A DNA stretch of 64,000 nucleotides from Snowella sp. (lineage in GTDB: Bacteria; Cyanobacteriota; Cyanobacteriia; Cyanobacteriales; Microcystaceae). The notes beneath the pieces were generated by a model that ran no database searches, was not told the DNA's origin, and saw nothing but the letters and a program-made list of their open reading frames with translations. The translations under genes and the position numbers were made by a program. Location: positions 1 to 64,000 of the forward strand of contig JAYKGY010000043.1 in assembly GCA_035285545.1 (NCBI GenBank), in the 5' to 3' direction. This document shows positions 59,664-64,000 of the stretch, one piece after another. Positions within the stretch are counted from its first letter, which is position 1. Each line of letters opens with the position of its first letter.

Positions 59664-60424
59664 AAAAAGTACTGAAATCTCCTAAACAACCTGATGAGCT
59701 TGATTTATATAAAAAACGTTTTTCTCATCAATCTAAAAAGTGGAAGGATGTTAAAAAAAGTCGTGAAACCTACGATGCTATTTGGAATACTTTATTGAGT
59801 GATCAAAAAGGACTTTGTGCTTATTGCGAAATGGCTTTAAGTTCAACTAATCGATCCGTCGAACATTTTATTCCTCGTAGCTATAAAAATTTAACACAAG
59901 AGAAAAATTACGAGCTGGATTGGAATAATCTGTTAGCCGTATGTCTTACCCCAGGCGGACTGATGGAAGTCGATTCAGCGCAGGCTAAGCTTTTTAAAAA
60001 TAGTCCTTGTTGTGGTAAGAAAAAAGATGATTTTGTACCAGATGAACGTTTCTTAAATCCCCTTCACTTACCTACAGCCCGTTTGTTTCGTTTTTCTAGT
60101 GAAGATGGTGAAATTTTTCCCGATGAAACCGCGTGTAATCAGGTAGGTATTCCCATTGAAAATGTTGATTATACAATTAATGAAATTTTGGCGTTAAATG
60201 TCCCACGACTAAAGGATCAACGTTTGGCGGTGATTACTCAACTTGATGAAGATATTAATGAATTCGATGATGGAAGCGTTGATTTAGTTAATATTTATCG
60301 CAAGATTGCAGAAATTTATTTTGGAGATGGCACACAAAACTGGCCGAGATTCTTCACAACGATGCGTTGGATGTTGAAAGAAGGAGCAGAGCAATATTTA
60401 CAAAGTATTGATTATAGGGGTTAG
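59660..60424 (+). CDS. HNH endonuclease, PtuB-like (TIGR02646-type)
   Basis: L..DQ.GLCAYCE, VEHFIPRS, LDWNNLLAVC, CG..K, FLNP, ILALN; ATGA overlap with the ATPase. Confidence 0.85.
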   Translation: MKKVLKSPKQPDELDLYKKRFSHQSKKWKDVKKSRETYDAIWNTLLSDQKGLCAYCEMALSSTNRSVEHFIPRSYKNLTQEKNYELDWNNLLAVCLTPGGLMEVDSAQAKLFKNSPCCGKKKDDFVPDERFLNPLHLPTARLFRFSSEDGEIFPDETACNQVGIPIENVDYTINEILALNVPRLKDQRLAVITQLDEDINEFDDGSVDLVNIYRKIAEIYFGDGTQNWPRFFTTMRWMLKEGAEQYLQSIDYRG

Positions 60425-60612
60425 ATCGCACACAAATATGGTTTTGAAACAAGAAGTGGTGGCAAGAGGTTATTTTATCAAAATTCACTGGCTATCAGCC
60501 CCATCTATGTCGTATGATTGTCTCAACATGAGAACCTATGGTAAAAATTTAACAGCTTTCAACCATACTCTTTTTTTGAACTACTGGTTAAACCCGATCT
60601 AGGATTTTGTGA

Positions 60613-60966
<354 letters not shown>

Positions 60967-60999
60967 TTAATAGTTAATAATTGCTTTCTATCTAAAAAT

Positions 61000-61479
61000 A
61001 TGCCCTATAAACTGCTATTTGTTTGTCTTGGTAATATTTGTCGATCGCCGTCTGCGGAAAATATTATGAATCACTTAATTCAAAAAGCAGGGTTAAGTGA
61101 ACAAATTACTTGTGACTCAGCCGGAACATCGAGTTATCATATTGGCTCATCCCCTGATCGGAGAATGGCGGCAGCATTAACTAAACGGAATTTTACGGCA
61201 ACAGGTAAAGCTAGACAGTTTGAAGTCTCGGATTTTGAAGAATTTGATTTGATCCTGGCAATGGACAAAGATAATTACCAAGATATTCTATCCTTAGACC
61301 GCCAAGGTATTTACCGAGATAAGGTGAAGTTAATGTGTGAATTTGCTGCTTATCATAACGATCAAGAAGTTCCCGATCCCTATTATGGCGGGCCTGAAGG
61401 GTTTAATTATGTGATTGATTTATTAGTTGATAGCTGTGAAGGCTTATTAACTTATGTTAAAAATCAGATCAAATCCTAA
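61000..61479 (+). CDS. Low molecular weight protein-tyrosine phosphatase
   Basis: FVCLGNICRS, DSAGT, VPDPYYGG. Confidence 0.95.
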   Translation: MPYKLLFVCLGNICRSPSAENIMNHLIQKAGLSEQITCDSAGTSSYHIGSSPDRRMAAALTKRNFTATGKARQFEVSDFEEFDLILAMDKDNYQDILSLDRQGIYRDKVKLMCEFAAYHNDQEVPDPYYGGPEGFNYVIDLLVDSCEGLLTYVKNQIKS

Positions 61480-61704
61480 CTAATGGTCGTGACGAGGAGG
61501 AACGGGATCATAACCGCCCGGATGGAACGGATGACAGCGCAAAATACGTTTAATACTCATCCATCCCCCTCGCCAAACGCCAAACCGTTCAACCGCCGCG
61601 ATCGCGTAATGGGAACAGGTGGGCTGAAAACGACAAGAGGGAGGGAATAGGGGAGAAATGAAAACTTGATACAATCGGATTAATTTAAGCAATAAAAATT
61701 TCAT
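61480..61704 (-). CDS. yidD: Membrane protein insertion efficiency factor YidD
   Basis: [32 protein letters not shown]. Confidence 0.95.
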   Translation of the reverse strand: MKFLLLKLIRLYQVFISPLFPPSCRFQPTCSHYAIAAVERFGVWRGGWMSIKRILRCHPFHPGGYDPVPPRHDH

Positions 61705-61722
61705 CGTATTTAATGATTACAA

Positions 61723-62616
61723 TTACTTATCTTCTGAAAGAATCAACGGTAATCTATCCTGACCACCACCAATAATAATCACCTTACTATTGGGAGACTC
61801 TGAGAGTTTTTGGGTTGCTTCAATCGCTTTGAGTTTGATAATTTTATCGGTTAAACTTTCCGATAGAATTTTTTGAGAATTGGCAATTCCTTGCGCTTCA
61901 ACTTTTTTCCGTTCTGCTTCTTGACGGGCTTTCCCAATTTCTAAGGCTAATTTTTCGGTCTCTTGTTGAGTCGCCACCTTTTGTTGAATCACGGCTTGAA
62001 TACTGTCGGGCAAAATAATATTCCGTAACAAGGTTTCCTCCACAATAAAGCCGAGGGGTTGCAGTTGTTCGGTCATGGCTCGATGGAGACTGTCTGCAAT
62101 AATTGGCCGTTTTTCACCATAAATTGCATTTAAATCGTAACTTGCGGTAATTTCTCGAATTAAAGATCGAAAGCGAGATTGAATGATCTCTTTTTCATTA
62201 TTACCTAACTTTTGATACACTTCAGCAGCTTTAGTGGGATCAAGGCGATACTGCAAGCTAACATCTAATTTAAAATTCAACCCTTCTTTGGAAGTTGAAT
62301 CCACCGTTTCTTTGAGATCCTGTAAGCGAGTAGAAAAGGTCATCACTTCACCTAACGGATTAACCCAATACATACCAGGGGGGAGTGTATTCGTCGAAAC
62401 CTGCCCGAATCGTTCAACAATGCCCACTTCTCCGGTGGGAATCACCACTAAAAATCGAGAGACAGATTTATAAATCAACGTGACAAAAGCCAGTAGGCTG
62501 ATGAAGAAAGAGAGGATTTGCAGCAGTTTTTGTTGCTTTTCTCCTGCAATTTTGGACGCATTGAGAAAAACAAAAAAAGCGATTAGGGCAGTCAGGGCTG
62601 AAATAATCAATGACAT
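61723..62616 (-). CDS. SPFH/prohibitin (band 7) family membrane protein
   Basis: Two N-terminal TMs, GEVGIV..FG, SKEGL...LDVSLQY, ETLLRNI.LP, EAERK.VEAQG. Confidence 0.9.
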   Translation of the reverse strand: MSLIISALTALIAFFVFLNASKIAGEKQQKLLQILSFFISLLAFVTLIYKSVSRFLVVIPTGEVGIVERFGQVSTNTLPPGMYWVNPLGEVMTFSTRLQDLKETVDSTSKEGLNFKLDVSLQYRLDPTKAAEVYQKLGNNEKEIIQSRFRSLIREITASYDLNAIYGEKRPIIADSLHRAMTEQLQPLGFIVEETLLRNIILPDSIQAVIQQKVATQQETEKLALEIGKARQEAERKKVEAQGIANSQKILSESLTDKIIKLKAIEATQKLSESPNSKVIIIGGGQDRLPLILSEDK

Positions 62617-62656
62617 CGGGGGCTACGCTCCTCTGTTGGTAAGTTTTCTGTTGTCA

Positions 62657-64000
62657 TCAACCCGTATTCCGCATTCCAGCCGCAATTCCATTAATGGTTA
62701 ACATGGCTCCTCGGAGTAACTCATCTTTGGAATAACGACGATAACGGACGGTATTAGAAGCCTCTTCCTGGGTAACTTGCCGCAGACGTTTTAAGAGCGA
62801 TACTTGCAAGAATCCTAAGGGGACAATGGTACGATTTCGTAGTTGCACGGATTTCTGTAGGCTGCGATCGCCGTCCAATAAATTTTTATGGGCAGTAATC
62901 TGGAGAATAATGTCACGGGTGAGGTGATACTCATCGGCAATTTGTTGGAAAAGTCGCTGGAATCGTTCTCGATCTTCCGGCTTGGAGAGTTCTTTGACGT
63001 AATGTTGAGCAATACTTAAATCCACTTTAGATAAGGTCATCTCTACCTTGGCGATTACCATATTAAAAAATGGCCATTTAAAGTAAAAATAACGCAATAA
63101 TTTGAGATTTTTAACCGGATCTTGGTCAACAAAGGATTTTAGCGCACTTCCAACGCCATACCAGGCAGGCAATAAGAAACGGCTTTGTGTCCAACTAAAG
63201 ACCCAGGGAATGGCTCGCAGGGTACTGAGATCCCGTTTACCACTACTGCGACGGGCAGGACGAGAACTAATTTGGAGTTCACTAATTTCAGAAATGGGGG
63301 TAATAGAGAGGAAAAAGTCCAGAAAATCCGGCTCTTCGTAAATTAAAGACCGATAAACTTTGCGGGAGGAAGCCGATAAGTCTTCCATAATGCGGTTCCA
63401 CGGTTCAATATAATCGAAACTGCTTTTCAGTAAGCTGGCTTGAATCACCGCTGCCGTCAAGGTTTCCAGATTATAGAGGGCTAATTCGGGCAAGGAGTAT
63501 TTAGACGCGAGGACTTCTCCCTGCTCGGTAATTTTAATGCGTCCATCGACAGTACCGGCAGGTTGGGCCAAAATCGCTTTATAGGCCGGGCCGCCCCCTC
63601 GACCAACCGAACCCCCTCGACCATGAAACAGGCGGAGAATTAAGCCATATTCCTGGGCAACTTGTTGGAGAGCTTTTTGGGCTTTGTGAATTTCCCAGTT
63701 ACTACTCAGAAATCCTGAATCCTTGTTACTGTCTGAGTAACCCACCATGATTTCTTGTAAGTTCGAGGGCGATAGTAGGGACTCTGGTGGCGCGATCGCG
63801 AGATTTTCATCCTGGGTTTCCCAGCGGGCGAGAGCTTGATAGCTTCCGGCCAGGGCTGCCCGATAGAAAGATAGCTCAAATAGACTCCTCATGATGCCTG
63901 GGGCATTTTTTAAGTCTTCAACGGTTTCAAATAGGGGAACAATGCGGACAGAGCTACTCGCGGTTGCCGGATCGTATAATCCTGCTTCTTTTGCTAAGAG
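62657..64000 (-). CDS. ppc: Phosphoenolpyruvate carboxylase, C-terminal part (starts beyond the window end)
   Basis: [59 protein letters not shown]; frame is open to position 64000. Confidence 0.97.
   Translation of the reverse strand, partial: LLAKEAGLYDPATASSSVRIVPLFETVEDLKNAPGIMRSLFELSFYRAALAGSYQALARWETQDENLAIAPPESLLSPSNLQEIMVGYSDSNKDSGFLSSNWEIHKAQKALQQVAQEYGLILRLFHGRGGSVGRGGGPAYKAILAQPAGTVDGRIKITEQGEVLASKYSLPELALYNLETLTAAVIQASLLKSSFDYIEPWNRIMEDLSASSRKVYRSLIYEEPDFLDFFLSITPISEISELQISSRPARRSSGKRDLSTLRAIPWVFSWTQSRFLLPAWYGVGSALKSFVDQDPVKNLKLLRYFYFKWPFFNMVIAKVEMTLSKVDLSIAQHYVKELSKPEDRERFQRLFQQIADEYHLTRDIILQITAHKNLLDGDRSLQKSVQLRNRTIVPLGFLQVSLLKRLRQVTQEEASNTVRYRRYSKDELLRGAMLTINGIAAGMRNTG

Overview
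Chromosomal window from a unicellular cyanobacterium. Evidence is the dense HIP1 GCGATCGC octamers, psbO, sufR and the cyAbrB/Rrf2 pair; a Synechocystis-like Chroococcales lineage is my inference. Most of the window is housekeeping: alr (partial), tldD/tldE, sufBCDS with divergent sufR and its two operators, cyAbrB2-like, Rrf2, cbiB, tRNA-Gln, psbO, sigF, tatA (missed by the ORF track), rsmD, rnc, hisA, photolyase, cbiET, asnS, gcvT, pedR, murQ and ppc (partial). Accessory elements are HigBA and RelBE-type toxin-antitoxin pairs, a Uma2 nuclease, a Septu-like AAA ATPase + HNH nuclease pair, a cyclic-nucleotide-gated K+ channel and REP/MITE-like repeats. The most notable region is a signalling block at about 21-39 kb. 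It holds a CBS-GAF(DXCF cyanobacteriochrome)-PAS hybrid kinase and a REC-kinase, then a 1.1 kb non-coding leader and a six-gene chemosensory cluster. That cluster joins a cyanobacterial PatA-type regulator to a complete CheB/CheR-TPR methylation-adaptation module, a CheA with one intact and one His-less Hpt domain, and an MCP that appears to lack HAMP. All product calls come from recognising motifs by eye; no searches were run.
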